64,000 nucleotides of DNA from Octopus vulgaris (Eukaryota). Where the stretch lies: contig OX597818.1 in assembly GCA_951406725.2 (NCBI GenBank), positions 122,698,001-122,762,000 on the forward strand, in the 5' to 3' direction. The position numbers and the translations under genes were made by a program. Below, in pieces: positions 26,745 to 42,464 of the stretch. The notes beneath the pieces are model-generated. The model was not told where the DNA came from and did no database searches. It saw only the letters and a program-made list of their open reading frames with translations. Positions within the stretch are counted from its first letter, which is position 1. Each line of letters starts with the position of its first letter.

Positions 26745-27115
26745 CTTTCTGTTATAGGCAAAAGGCCTGAAATTTTGAAGGAAAGGCTGAACCCTGAAAG
26801 AATGAGAGGAATTTGAACTCAGTACGTGAAGACGAATGAAGCGCCAGTCACTCTTTTATCAGGCGTGCTAACGATTTCACCTGACCACCGTCTTAATCAT
26901 TCTTTCAACTATAGGTACAAACACGTCTTAAAATTTTGGGGAAGGGCTCCGGACGATTACATCGACCCCAGTGTCCGAATGGTACTTATTTCATGGACCC
27001 CGAAAAGATGAAAAAGTTAGCCTTGGAAGAAAGTGAACTCAGAACGTCAAGACGGACAAAATGCCGCTAAACGTTCTGTCCGGCGTGCTAATCATTCTGC
27101 TTGATCGCCACCTTA
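26745..27115 (-). mobile_element. Tandem SINE family A fragments
   Basis: Repeated GAACTCAG, GGCGTGCTAA and CTGAAATTTTG/GATTACATCGACCCCAGTG segments. Confidence 0.7.
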
Positions 27116-27689
27116 ACGACAGATAATAAAGTACAAAGATACCCGAAACTACGCGCACGTAGACACAAGAATCACGAGCACTCCCGCACATATATAAATA
27201 TGTACGATAGATGAGACTAGGAGTTAACGTCATTGGCACTTCCGAGAGTATAATACTTTCCACCGTTGCCGTGTACTATTTATATTGCCACGAACTTTCC
27301 AGGTGTTTTGGTTCATGTCGAAACATACTTATTTCATCTGTCAGTCATGCAGATACCCCATTGTAACCGGATGCAGCTAATATTCTTTTTTCAATATTTG
27401 ATGAGGATTTGTTCTTTGCTGTCAGGTTTGTTCGTTACTTCACATGCATCATCTATTTCCAAAGTAGAGCAGTCTCTGCTTACGTCGCCTGTTCATGAAT
27501 CACTACTCCTCGCTCCTTTTTATATCCAATGCATACGTGAGTGTGCTACAAGAATACAGTATTTTTCTCTACTGGAAACTCTGTACGCTATCACCCTCGA
27601 GACATCATGCATGAATCGCCGACGCTTCCATGTTTTAGGTACTTCCATTTGCCTCCTGATGGCTATACAGGGTCAACACCTAAAATGAA

Positions 27690-29410
27690 AAACATTTCAA
27701 ACACTTATGCAAATTGATCAACTATCAATAGACAAGATACCTACCTCTATAGAATTGACAGAAGGATACAGACTGTATGTAGTGGTGGAGTATAGGTGGC
27801 CACGCTGCTATCTGTGCGGCAGCGAAGCGCATTTGAAAAAGAAATGTCCAACTGCTGCACAACAACAAGAGTCACAACAACAACAACAATCAACATCACA
27901 ATCAAAACACTCTGATAAAAAAAGGGTTACTACCCACACCACCATCTACACAGGGGACGACAAAAGAAGCGTACCAACCAAAACGATCAACAATCGAAAA
28001 TAAAATAACACCTGAAAAATACCACCACCAACAACAGCAAGAGCTAAAGGTACAGGAAACCAAAAGAAGATACTAAATCTAATTCCCCCTCCCCTATTTC
28101 ACATACACCTCACCACACAAACAATCAACAACCAGCATCAACGGAAACAACAGCATAACCACTTACACAAACACACATAAAAGCTTATAATATGGCCTTA
28201 CCCCACTTCCGATTGCAAAGAAATTTCGTCGGAAGACGAAAACACTGAGGAATGGCAAATAACCAGAAAAGGAAGCAGGAAGTGTAGCAAAAAGAAGAAC
28301 AAAAGTAAACACTAAGAAAGCAGGGAGATACACAACTCCCGAAGACATTTCGAACACTACCACAAACAACACTAACACCAACATCACGAAAGCGATGCTC
28401 ACAGCCATAAACACTAAAAACACAGAGTTGATTTAATACATCAACTCAAAGACAAACCGAACAGAATATGACATCAAACAAGCAACCACCCACACACAAC
28501 ACCACCAGAACACATCAAAATTTTGCACGTCACACCGACCTCGCACCACACACTAAAATCGTCAAGTTTGGATGGTCTGCCCTACGAGCTTTAAAGTTGT
28601 ATGCCAGACTTGTTTGGAGAGGTCTTGGCAGCAGTTACTGCAACAAAACGGGAGCATACTCAGTTTTGTGGGCCGAGGAGCCGTAACGCTGCTGAAGAAA
28701 GATCCAAAAAAGGGGAAGGTAATAGGTAACTTTAGGCCCATCAATTTGCTCAATGTAGATTTGAAAATTTAGGCTAAGGTGTTAGCCAAGAGGTTGGCGT
28801 TTGTCATCGAAAAACTGGTCGACAAGGCCCAAACGTGCTCCGTGCCGGGTCGGAGCATCCATGACAACCTACACCTGATGTGCAACATCATAGACAGGGT
28901 AGTTAAAGAACTTGGCATTAGTGGGGCCCTGATCAATTTGGATCACTCCAAATTTTCAATAGGGTAGATCATCGATACTTTCAGGCTGTCCTCATAGCAG
29001 CCGGTTTCGGTCCCGTCTTTCGCGGCTGGATAGCTGCCTTGTACCGAGGCATCCTTTCGGTAATTCGCGTGAATGGGCATCTACCGAGACGTTTCGACAT
29101 TACACGTTCGGTCCGTCAGGGATGCCTCTCTCGTCGCTTCTGTACCTGTTGAATCTCAATCCACTACTGCGAAAGCTGGCGATACTGAGGGACATCCTGT
29201 GAGAATTGGTGTGCGGGACGAGCGTGTCTGTGTACGCAGACGACCTCACCGTCATAGTGTCTACCACGAGCACATCGAGCTGGGTGGCGGGGCACTACAA
29301 GGCTAAGAAGCGGTTACGGAAGCAAAAAGTCAAACGGGAAAAGTCAGTGCGCTTGCGGCTCGGCACCTGGAAAAGTAAGCCTATGCCGCCCAGAAGCACC
29401 TTCAGACACC
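27690..29410 (+). mobile_element. Tx1/L1-clade non-LTR retrotransposon remnant (ORF1 zinc knuckle and RT; endonuclease not seen)
   Basis: ORF1 CYLCGSEAHLKKKC (CX2CX4HX4C). ORF2 VTLLKKDP...NFRPINLLNVDLKI, AQTCSVPGRSIHDNL, LINLD, VRQGC (29111) and VYADDLTV (~29230). Frameshifted. Confidence 0.9.
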
Positions 29411-30119
29411 ATTAATTAATTTTCTCATTATATCAATTGTCACCGGCTTACCGGCTTCTTGTTATACTATCTTCGAACATGTTTTCCACAGACCAGCAGA
29501 ACCTAACGTGATTAAGACAAAAGTCACTGCCAACGTAGCATAAACGTGAAGCCACATCAATATTATAGACATTCTGACATTCCTTCAGTTCAGTATAAAT
29601 GTGACGGCATTCAGCTGCGATATTTCCAGTGGCCAGTATCGATTTTTGTGCCTCGGCTTTGATTACCAGTTCCACTGTGACGCATGCACACACGATTGTA
29701 TAGTATGTTCTTAATGTTGATTGTTACACAACAGGATAACGCGTTTATATGAAGCAGCGTTTCATGCAGGTTGTGTGTCTGGATCTCTGAGCATTCAGTA
29801 GACATTTTCAGACTCCACCTGTTGTTATACCACACCGAGTGTTGTTTGCTTTCCTTGGCATGCCACTTTAACCGTTGGATACTTCCCTCGGAGCCAATGA
29901 AATTCAGTGTTGTATACATAAGAACAGCTCTTTGTTCTTTGTCGAAGATAGTGTAGGAGACGCCAATCAGTTGACCGGGCAAAATCCCATTCATTATATA
30001 TAAACACGTGCACACAGACACAAACTATATGTTCATACACACATACGTTTTTAGCACACATTTCTTGATAGATAAGTATATGGATACATAAAAAGATATA
30101 AATGTTCACATATGGATTA

Positions 30120-30295
30120 GCTATATACACACGCACGCACACACATACACACACATATATATGTATATGTATATGTATGTATATGCATATATATATATAT
30201 GTGTGTATATGTATATGTATGTATATACATATTTACATATACATATATACATGTATGTATATATATATAAATATGTATATATATATATATATGTA

Positions 30296-30339
<44 letters not shown>

Positions 30340-30545
30340 TATATGCATATATATATATATATATATGTATATGCATATATACATATATACATATTTATAT
30401 ATATATATACATATACATATATAAATATCTGTATAGAGGTATATATGTATCTATAATATATATCTATGCATATATATTGGTATGCATATATATATATGTA
30501 TATGGAGAGAGAGAGAGAGAGAAAGAAAGAGAGAAAGAGAGAGAG
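30120..30545. repeat. Compound (TA)/(TG)/(GA) low-complexity tract
   Basis: Directly visible. Confidence 0.9.
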
Positions 30546-31624
30546 AAGCCGTACAAAATTACTAGTCCTAGAATGTGTATATGTGTGTTCTTGTGTTTGG
30601 TCCGTCAATGAAACTGCCTGTTTATTTCCTGGAGAATCTTCATTTTATCTATTTCATTTCAAGCTTCCCCCTGAATGAACAGAGAAATAATTCTATATGC
30701 CCCAAATCCATATGCTTCTTCTCTTTCTCTTTTTCTTTCTGTTTCTTTGTGGTATTGATGTACTTTGTTTCCTTGAAATCATCTCTGTATCCACTCCTAA
30801 ATTTCAGCATCATTGAACTCTGACATGAACAGTTAAAGAGGAAACTTATATCCGTTTGGATACTTTCACTTTCATAAAGTATTTGTCCATGTGACAGCTT
30901 GTCAATACAATTCCTTCATATTGAATTCGGTATGGCCCATTGCTTGCGGCTGAATTCCTCTAAGATCCTTTTATCTTAAAGGCGGCATTATTGCTTTTGG
31001 CTAAAAGTAGTTTCAGCAATTTTACTAGTTGAAAGTAATATAATATCATAAGACGAAATTTCAAAGCGTGCTTGACTAATACGTAAAGAGCTTGAGATTA
31101 CAGAAGCCAAACTTCAATTCTATTCTTCAGTACGTTCGTTTATGTTACTCCTTTTCTCACCACATCACCACATCCATGACAAACTCTACAGCCTATCACA
31201 GCAACTATAACAACAATAACCTTACTAACAATAACGATAACGGCGGTATGAAGTAAACAACAAAACAATAATGTTATTAAACAAGAAATAAAAATCTGAC
31301 GGTTGATGTTTTCAAGCTTAAAAGAGCTAAAACTAAATCAATATGGTGCTTTTGGGAGAAAAAAAAAAGATGCGATTTATTCTTTCAATGCTGGAAAGCT
31401 GGAAAATAGAACGAAATTAAATCATAGGGAAAAAAATGAAATAATGTAAAATGATCACACTGCATCTTCTCCATGATAATTTAGTTTTCAAGGAAAATAT
31501 GCATACGCCGAGTGGCTTCAGTCGATTTAAATACATCGATGATAAAAGAAGATAACTTTGCTTGACAAATCTTTCAGTGCGTACGTTCCCAGGTATACAT
31601 AATACGAGACAAATGTTTAAAAGA

Positions 31625-31995
31625 TATATGTATACGTATGTATGTATGTATGTATGTATGTATGTATGTATGTATGTATGTATGTATGTATATATGTATG
31701 TATGTATGTTTTTATGTATGTATATGTATGTGTATGTATGTGTGTGTATGTATTGTCTGTATATGTTTGTGTGTATGTGTGTATGGATGCATGTATGTGT
31801 GTATGCATCTATGTGTGTGTATGTGTATGTATATATGTATGTATATGTATGTAAGTGCATGTATGTGTATATATGTTTGTGCGTATGTACGTATGTATAT
31901 GTGTGCGTATGTATGTATGTATGTGTATGTGTATGTATTTTTGTCTGTATGTATCTATGCATGTATGTGTATGTGTATGTATATCTATATGTATA
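31625..31995. repeat. (TATG)n / (TG) degenerate microsatellite
   Basis: Directly visible. Confidence 0.9.
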
Positions 31996-32654
31996 GAAAG
32001 ATGCATGCAATCCGAGTAGCAGAATACAAAGAGAAACATAAAAAGCAACCACTAGTATGGACTTCGGCATTTCCTTACCATTTTATTTGCCTGTTTTATA
32101 CTTTTTGTTTTATTTCTTTTTCCTTAGACTCATAATTGCTTTTACGCATGCAGACGTACCAAAAACCAATTATGCTTCTTGTGCTATCACTTTCTAAAAG
32201 AATCACTGCATCGCAGTTCGTAATGTGCATTTTCTCCATCTCTGCCTCCTCCTTCTCTCACTTTCTCTTTTTCCCTTCCCCTCTGTTCCTATACAATATC
32301 ACTGTCCAAGAGTAAAACTCTATCGACATAAGTCACGAGATATTTTTCTTTATAACAAAACATCAACTAAGACAAGGGAAGATTATTAATGAAGCCTTAA
32401 CCGATATTAAACCATTTAAAGCAGATAGATATTTAAGTTAGGTAATTCATCGATTTCCAGATATGACAAATGAACAATCTATTCAACCACTGTACTACAA
32501 CTTTTTCTGTGTCCATATTCGTGGGTCTTAAGGAGCGGAAGGCAACTCATTACTCATAGTTCAGTTTTTTTTCTTTCACTGCATTCTCAAAGAAGGTGAG
32601 CAATCAACCGTTGCATCTTTGTCAGGGCCGAGATACCTTAGTTCATGTGTGGTT

Positions 32655-32741
<87 letters not shown>

Positions 32742-32760
32742 CACCACCACCACCACCACC

Positions 32761-32846
<86 letters not shown>

Positions 32847-32853
32847 AACTATT

Positions 32854-33396
32854 AAGTGAGAGAGCAGTGCATCCCATCAAAGTAACGCTGGGGTACAAAT
32901 ATACGAAGCCCAGTATATCAATCTTGGCTACCCCTCTGAGAAGGGTACACCAGGCACATGCATCGCAACGATATGTGCATGACATGATGATCTCACATCA
33001 AGACAAACAGCCTATGAACTTGCAGGTGGGGTCCAGCTAGAATTTGCTTCAGGTCGTGTAGCCCATCCCGCTCAAAAGGTCCTTGAATACGGGTTGTTTA
33101 AGGATATTGAACGAAACACCCATGTTTCCGAAGGTGAATTATCCAAACCCCAAAGAATCCCCCCCCAACACATGGCTATGATGCTCCCTCACTATTTCTG
33201 CTCGTGATCAGAGATGCACATATTGTCAGCCACTAAGGGACATGCTCAACTGGTTATGGTCAAACAACTGTGGTATTGACAGAATATTTGCTGTAGCCCA
33301 TCTTTTATACCAAGACAAAACAACGTACATGATAACACGTCCAATCAGTTAAGATCAGAAGCCATGACAGCCACTTCCTGATAATACATCAGGGCA

Positions 33397-33397
<1 letters not shown>
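32854..33397 (-). mobile_element. T-element, near full length
   Basis: Reverse complement of 36505-37060, between a (CTA)/(CCA)/(CTG) array and (TTA)n. Confidence 0.92.
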
Positions 33398-33475
<78 letters not shown>

Positions 33476-33477
<2 letters not shown>

Positions 33478-33937
33478 GTGACAGAGCAGTGCATGCCATC
33501 AAAGTGACACTGGGGTAGAAATATACGAAGCCCAATATACCCATCATGACTACCCGTCTGATAAGGGTACACCAGGCACATGCATCACAACCATATGTGC
33601 GCGACATGGTGATCTCATATCACGATAAACAGCACATGACCTTGCAGGTGGGGCCCAGTTAGTATTTTCTTCAGGTTGAGTAGCCCATCCCGCTCAATAG
33701 GTCCCTGAATAAGGGTTGTTTAAGGATGTTGAAAGAACCACCCATGTTTCCAGAGGTGAATTATTCAAACCCCAAAGAATCCCTCTCAACACATGGCTAT
33801 GATGCTCCCCCACTACTTCTGCTCGTGATCAGAGATGCACATATCGTCAGCCATTAAGGGACATGCTCAACTGGTTAAGGTCAAACAACTGACAAGCAAA
33901 TCTGTGGTATTGAGCAGAATATTTGCTGTAGCCCATC

Positions 33938-33942
<5 letters not shown>
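33476..33942 (-). mobile_element. T-element, 5'-truncated
   Basis: Reverse complement of the 3' ~465 bp of the T-element, with (TTA)n on both sides. Confidence 0.92.
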
Positions 33943-34000
<58 letters not shown>

Positions 34001-34075
34001 CTTTATTATTATTATTATTATTATTATCATTGCTGTTGTTCTTTTGTTGTTGTTGTTGTTTTGTTATTGTTGTTG

Positions 34076-34131
<56 letters not shown>

Positions 34132-34149
34132 TATTATTATTATTATTTA

Positions 34150-34188
<39 letters not shown>

Positions 34189-34216
34189 ATTATTATTATT
34201 ATTATTATTATTATTA

Positions 34217-34293
<77 letters not shown>

Positions 34294-34305
34294 TATTATT
34301 ATTTA

Positions 34306-34510
34306 ATGTGGTGAACTGGCATAATTGTTAGCACGTCTGGTAAAGTACTTAACGGCATTTCGTCCGCCGTTACAATATTTTTTCAAATTCTTCCGAGCCC
34401 GACGTCGCCTTCTCATCCTTTCGGGGTCGACAAAATAAATACATATTGAGAACCGGGGTCGATGTACTCGACTAGTAAACTTGCCCAAAATTTCAGCCCT
34501 TTTGGTGAAA
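34306..34510 (+). mobile_element. SINE family A, degraded
   Basis: GTGGTGAACTGGCATAATTGTTAGCACG...TCATCCTTTCGGGGTCGAC...GGGGTCGATGTACTCGACT. Confidence 0.75.
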
Positions 34511-34514
34511 TTCT

Positions 34515-36090
34515 GAAAAATTTCTGATGCAGTCATTACTGCCAATGTTATCCGCGTGTATTTGAAGATGCCACAATGAGTATTATTCCTTAATGGATGT
34601 CTCATTTCTTGTGAAACTTTATCTGTAGGTATACATCTGAGTGACTCAGCTCTGCGAAATGGGCATTGCGTTTCATCTTGATGAAATGATCGTTAACTAG
34701 TGGCAATGGATACTGATGTTTGTCCAATGTGTCATTTAGACTGGTGGGTTAAATGACACAGATACGCACTTTACCGTTTAAACTTTTGCCGACTACGATT
34801 GGTGTCGCCTGCGTAAAGTACTTTATGAATTGAAAGACTCGATGCTTCTTCAGTTCAGGCTCAATGGTTGGCAGAGCGGCGTGTAGCACACGTCTTTTTG
34901 GTTTGAAAAGAAGTCTGGCATCTGGATACAAATGAAGAATTGCCTTGTTTATAGTAGAGAACTATTTCTGATTGCAATATCATATTTCTTCTGAAGATTA
35001 ATGCATTCGCTCAATTTCATATCTGGTTTGACAAAGATAGAAGATAGTCTGTGTCACGACCATAACGACCAGCAGCTTCTATATAAAATACAATTCACCA
35101 AGTGGCCACTGCTGTCTTCTTGAAGCCTTCTTAACCACTTATGTTGTTGGTTTGTGCATGGATGAACCGATAGCCTTCAAGATATGAGTTGATACAATTG
35201 TGTTGCCTGGTGCTGTATCATATATGCTGAGTTTTTCCCGTTCAATTTAAATTTCTCATGTTTTTGCTGTGATTGGAAATGATCGCCAACTGTGACAAAT
35301 ACCGCATTAAGGCGAAGAATTGATTGTCTCCGGCTACTGCTCAATCTGTCGCTTTGTGTGCCGTTCAGCTTACTTTCTCGATACTGGTTTTCCATGTGTT
35401 CATTTCGTTTGTAAACTGAGCACTTTTAGCTTTTGTAAGGACAATATCTAACATAATGACGTTCACCTGAATGACAGCAGACCGATGGTGGTTTGTTTCC
35501 TGAGCTCCTACTAGAGACGGAGTTTACCGGGAAGACGATATTAAAGGTGGGCGCTCTAACATCGCTGTGTCGTGTTTGAGGTGTTGGCAATCATGTGTGA
35601 TTATTTGCAGTGTCATGCTTGCAGGTTCTCCTGTTTTATTCACTAATCTAATTCGCATGTCACTTTCAGTATGTGTCTATAATATGCAAATAACAAATGA
35701 GGCATTTGAATTATTTATCATTGCTTCCGTAGAATAGCTATTTTCCGAACTCTGTGGGTTTGGAATAGAATGGTAGTTTAATAGGAAGATGTGCAAAATT
35801 TCGCCCTCGTCCTTTCACTCTCTCACTTTGTAACAGATAGCCAACAATGAGATTAAAATGCCAGGTTACAAATTATATTTTTAAACCTCATGTTAGAGCC
35901 AACTCCGTTCTGTTTAATGACATTTTGACGGTGCTGTTATCAATGTTGTTCTACATTCATACTGTTCGTCTTTGCATCTGATGTATAAATATTTTATGAA
36001 CAACTTTCATATCATTTAATTGCCTCGTTCACTTGTCTGTCAATTTGAGACGTTGTTTCATCTGAAGAATTATAAGCAATTGCCGACGAG
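34515..36090 (-). mobile_element. Ty3/Gypsy LTR retrotransposon gag-pol remnant
   Basis: Minus-strand peptides FKPKRRVLHAALPTIEPEL...ATPIVVGKSLNGKVRIC (RT N-terminus) and NTHCGIFKYTR...ASEIFQ (RT), with a protease-like KLNGK region upstream. No LTRs were seen, and the upper boundary is uncertain. Confidence 0.7.
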
Positions 36091-36431
36091 AGAGGATTTT
36101 AAGCAACAGTTAGACCACCCAGACAGACTAGTTAAATGTCAACTAAAAGAAAGAAGACACTGATAATATAATCGTATATGCAATGTCTCGTACATGGTTG
36201 TCACAGTGGGAATGCTATTGATATTAGGTCTGCTAGCTTAGTGCTGGCCTGAAACTAAACAACATCACAAATCCACAGACTTCCCGTGTTCTACATTCTC
36301 TTTCATTCACTCAGTTTGCAGACCAACATCATATTTTCGCCTTCATGATTTTAGAACAGTAATTATCATTAGGAATCGTCTACTGTAAAATAATCATCAT
36401 CAACGGTGTTGTCCACTATGTAATAAAGAAT

Positions 36432-36497
<66 letters not shown>

Positions 36498-36504
36498 TTA
36501 AGTG

Positions 36505-37060
36505 TGTCCTGATGCAGTACCAGACAGTGGCTCTCATGGCTTCTGATCCTAACTGATTGGAAGTGTTATTATGTACATTGTTTTTGTCTTGGTATAAAAG
36601 ATGGGCTACAGCAAATATTCTGCTCAATACCACAGATTTTCTTGCCAGTTGTTTTACCTTAACCAGTTGAGCATGTCCCTTAGTGGCTGACGATATGTGC
36701 ATCTCTGATCACGAGCAGAAGTAGTGGGGGAGCATCATAGCCATGTGTTGAGAGGGATTCTTTGGAGTTTGAATAGTTTACCTCTGGAAACATGGGTGGT
36801 TCTTTCAACATCCTTAAACAACCCTTATTCAGGGACCTTTTGAGCGGGATGGGCTACTCAACCTGAAGAAAATTCTAACTGGGCCCCACCTGCAAGGTCA
36901 TGTGTTGTTTATCTTGATATGAGATCACCATGTCGCGCACATATGGTTGTGATGCATGTGCCTGGTGTACCCTTATCAAACGGATAGTCATGATGGGTAT
37001 ATTGGGCTTCGTATATTTTACCCCAGTGTCACTTTGATGGCATGCACTGCTCTCTCACTC
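36505..37060 (+). mobile_element. T-element, full length (~556 bp, non-coding, AAT-flanked)
   Basis: TGTCCTGATGCAGTACCAG...GCACTGCTCTCTCACTC with (AAT)n on both sides. Eight related copies occur in the window. Confidence 0.93.
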
Positions 37061-37105
<45 letters not shown>

Positions 37106-37118
37106 TAATAATAATAAC

Positions 37119-37189
<71 letters not shown>

Positions 37190-37199
37190 TAATAATAAT

Positions 37200-37274
<75 letters not shown>

Positions 37275-37275
<1 letters not shown>

Positions 37276-37829
37276 GCCCTGATGCAGTACCAGGCAGTGG
37301 CTCTCATGGCTTCTGATCTTAACTGATTAGAAGTGTTATCATGTACATTGTTTTGTCTTGGTATAAAAGATGGGCTACAGCAAATATTCTGCTCAATACC
37401 ACAGATTTGCTTGTCAGTTGTTTGACCATAACCAGTTGAGCATGTCCCTTAGTGGCTGACGATATGTGCATCTCTGATCACGAGCAGAAGTAGTGGGGGA
37501 GCATCTTAGCCATGTGTTGAGAAGGATTCTTTGAGGTTTGAATAAATCACCTCTGGAAACATGGGTGTTTCGTTCAACGTCCTTAAACAACCCTTATTCA
37601 GGGACCTTTTGAGCGGGATGGGTTACTCAACCTGAAGAAAATTCTAACTGGGCTCCACCTGCAAGGTCATGTGCTGTTTATCTTGATATGAGATCACCAT
37701 GTCACGCACATATGGTTGTGATGCATGTGCCTGGTGTACCCTTATCAGACGGGTAGTCATGATGGGTATACTGGGCTTCGTATATTTTACCCCAGTGTCA
37801 CTTTGATGGCATGCTCTGCTCACTCACTC
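37275..37829 (+). mobile_element. T-element, full length
   Basis: Same sequence family, with (AAT)n on both sides. Confidence 0.93.
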
Positions 37830-37857
37830 AATAATAATAATAATGAAATAATAATAA

Positions 37858-39311
<1,454 letters not shown>

Positions 39312-39318
39312 TGATGAA

Positions 39319-39360
<42 letters not shown>

Positions 39361-39361
39361 C

Positions 39362-39393
<32 letters not shown>

Positions 39394-39396
39394 CAA

Positions 39397-39942
39397 TGCC
39401 CTGATGCAGTACCAGACAGTGGCTCTCATAGCTTCTGATCTTAACTGATTGGAAGTGTTATCATGTACATTGTTTTGTCTTGGTATAAAAGATGGGCTAC
39501 AGCAAATATTCTGCTCAATACCACAGATTTGCTTGTCAGTTGTTTGACTTTAACCAGTTGAGCATGTCCATTAGTGGCTGACGATATGTGCATCTCTGAT
39601 CACGTGCAGAAGTAGCGGGGAGCATCTTAGCCATGTGTTGACAGGGGTTTTGGGGGTTTGAATAATTCACCTCTGGAAACATGGCTGTTTTGTTCAACAT
39701 CCTTAAACAACCCTTATTCAAAGACCTTTTGAGCGGGATGGGTTACTCGACCAGAAGAAAATTCTAAGAAGGGACCACCTGCGAAAGTTATGCGCTGTTT
39801 ATCTTGATATGAGATCACCATGTCGCGCACATATGGTTGTGATGCATCTGCCCTTATCAGACGGGTAGTCATGATGGGTATACTGGGCTTCGTATATTTC
39901 TACCCCAGTGTCACTTTGATGACATGCACTGCTCTCTCACTC
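39397..39942 (+). mobile_element. T-element, full length
   Basis: Same family with a small internal deletion and (AAT)n on both sides. Confidence 0.93.
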
Positions 39943-40016
<74 letters not shown>

Positions 40017-40059
40017 TAATAATAAATAATAGCAGCCATATATCTTTTGCTTTAAAATA

Positions 40060-40620
40060 ACAGTCATCGCTGTATATCGCATCGTCAGGAAGTTCATAAC
40101 GATGGATCATCATCTTGATCTTCCTTGTGGTGTCCTTAATTGGATTGAATTCATATATATTCACTATATTTTAAGTCAGTCTACATCTTTATATTATCCC
40201 TCCATTTAATCCTTGGTTTTCCTCTTCTTTTCTCATTAACTTTTGCTTTCTGTTAACTTTGTCCAAAAATATTTTAGTTTTATTTCTTTGATGATATCTA
40301 ATAAAAACATACTTCATTGATTTTGTTTTCTGGCAATGATATTCTGAAAAATCTTGTATACATCCACATTTCAAACGCTTATGATCTATCTTATAGTACT
40401 TTAGTTAATGTCTATTTTCCAGCCCAGTGTAATAGTGTGAACTATACCTAATATTTTAATAATCATTTTCTAGTTTCGATATTAATGTTTCTTGATGTTC
40501 GCGAGTCAGACCAATTTTTTACAAATGCCTTTCCAGTCACTTCACTCCATCCCCTGATTTGTTCTTTTCACTCCTGTTTACTGATTGCACACATCCAAGG
40601 TATGTTATCTTTGGCGTTTA
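40060..40620 (-). mobile_element. Old RTE-like LINE RT C-terminal remnant
   Basis: Minus-strand YLGC (~40591-40605), TSRNINIETRK and AFEMWMYTRFFRIS (~40340-40378). Decayed sequence may continue to ~41930. Confidence 0.6.
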
Positions 40621-41104
40621 TTCAAATGAATAAACCATCCCAATAATCTGTATTAGCTTTTGGTTTTCATATTTTTCTTTAATTACACCTATTGCTCACA
40701 GTCGATCTATGCATATGATTTTCATATTCCCAAATTTTGTTTCTCTTATTCTCAAGTGTAATCATTCTATGTCTATAGTGCTTCTAAGTGAAACCTCTCT
40801 ATGTATTCTATTGACGCAGGTATGGCTGAGCAGCTGAGAAGTTTGAGTCGCAATGAAAACCTCCTGATTCGTTTCCACAGAGTGTAAAGTGTTCTACCCA
40901 AATCTACCCAGTGTTTCTTTTAATCTGAAGAAACCATAAAATTTCTACTGATAGATAATACTCAATATTCTCATTTAGTAAAAACTATGCGTATTACTGT
41001 ATATGAACTACAATATCATTGATCTAGAAGAGTGGAAAATCGCGGAACTGAAGTTTGAATTTCTCATACACTATTGTCATTATGTGTAATATTTAGTTTA
41101 ACGG

Positions 41105-41310
41105 AGTCGAACAGCAGACAGAATCGGTAGCACGCCGAGCTAAATGCTTAGCGACATCTCGTCCGTCTTTATATTCTGTATTCAACTTCCGCCGAGGCCA
41201 AGTTGATCTTTCATCCATTCAGGGTTGATAAAATAAGTAACAACAGAGCACTAGTGTCGATGTAATCGACTTATTCCCTACCTTATGCCAAAATTTGAAA
41301 GCAATATTCA
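41105..41310 (+). mobile_element. SINE family A, degraded
   Basis: CAGAATCGGTAGCACGCCG...TTCCGCCGAGG...GTCGATGTAATCGACTT...GCCAAAATTTGAAAGC. Confidence 0.75.
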
Positions 41311-42464
41311 GTTTAAACGATACTTGTCTCTTGTCAACTGTTTGTGCACGAAATACATTTGTACTCTGAGAGTGAGTTATTCAACGTTTTCCTTTGGTTT
41401 TCACTTATAAAAATTTGTAGTTTTACTGAATAACATTCCCCATATTATACTTCACGATAATATAATAACTTTTTCCCATCTTTCCAATACTGCACCTATA
41501 TTTATATGTGGCATTACATCATCATCCTACAATTCCCCACGTACTCTTTCCTTGCATCGCTTTTGTTCTCAAAGTAAAATTCCAATATGTATTCTATTGA
41601 TTAAATTGTTGATTTAATTCATACATTTATATTTATTCATTCTTCATATCTGAAAAACTTCAGTTATTCAGTCCAGACGTCTTCGCTTTAAATTCTTCTA
41701 TCACGGTTGGAAGTCCGTTCCATTCAACATTGTCTTGTTTTCTTTCCATTTTTCAAATATAATTTTCTTTGTAATTTTTTTTTGTCTTAGCATATTTTAA
41801 ACAAAACTTTAATTTTGTTTCTCTCACACTTGTATGTTTACGCAATATTTTGATGTTATCTCCAATCCTCTTCTTCTATCATAGCTCAGACATTTAATTC
41901 CGTTATATTTCAATGCTATTCCCAATCGATCGACAACGTGCTAGTTAGTGGCATTCAGTCAGTTGTTTGTCTTCGTAACATTGGCTTCTTATTTACGCAC
42001 CTAGCCAGTTGAACAAAAGAAACACACACACGTTCACACATATACACGCACGCACAAACTCACACACACTCACACACACACATAAACGAACATACGTTCA
42101 AACGCACATACGAAACACCGGAACGTCTACTTGGATAGGTATAATACTGTGTTCAGAAACGGGGTAAACGCTCACAATTAAGTACAGTTCATACAGATTA
42201 GTCTTGGTTGATGATTCTGCAATCCTAACTCCAAAGTTCATACTGCTTTTGTTTAAACAGTCAATTGAACATTCGGGAGTGTGAAAATGTTTGAGTTACG
42301 ATTCAAGAAATTTCAATTTCCAATACATACACACTACTTCGAGAAGACACACACACACATACACATACAAAACACACATACACACATACACACACACGCA
42401 CTCTCGCACACACACACATACACACACACACACACACCACGCACAAACACATATACATTTGACT

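Noticed and set aside
27266-27688. 140-aa ORF upstream of the Tx1 remnant
   Set aside because: No recognisable motif or splice context; probably chance or decayed element sequence.
29448-30021. Overlapping minus-strand ORFs (81 and 136 aa)
   Set aside because: No identifiable domain. Possibly an old LINE end, but not supportable by eye.
37452-37575. CTGACGA...GAAACA-TGGG-TGTT inside the T-element as a hammerhead
   Set aside because: Stem I would be mostly G-U pairs, stem II is not evident, and the stem III segment varies between copies.
37305-37701. GATC/GATC pairing suggesting a 7SK origin of the T-element
   Set aside because: Only a 4-nt motif, with no recognisable 7SK termini or oligo-U terminator. 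It would need a covariance model hit.
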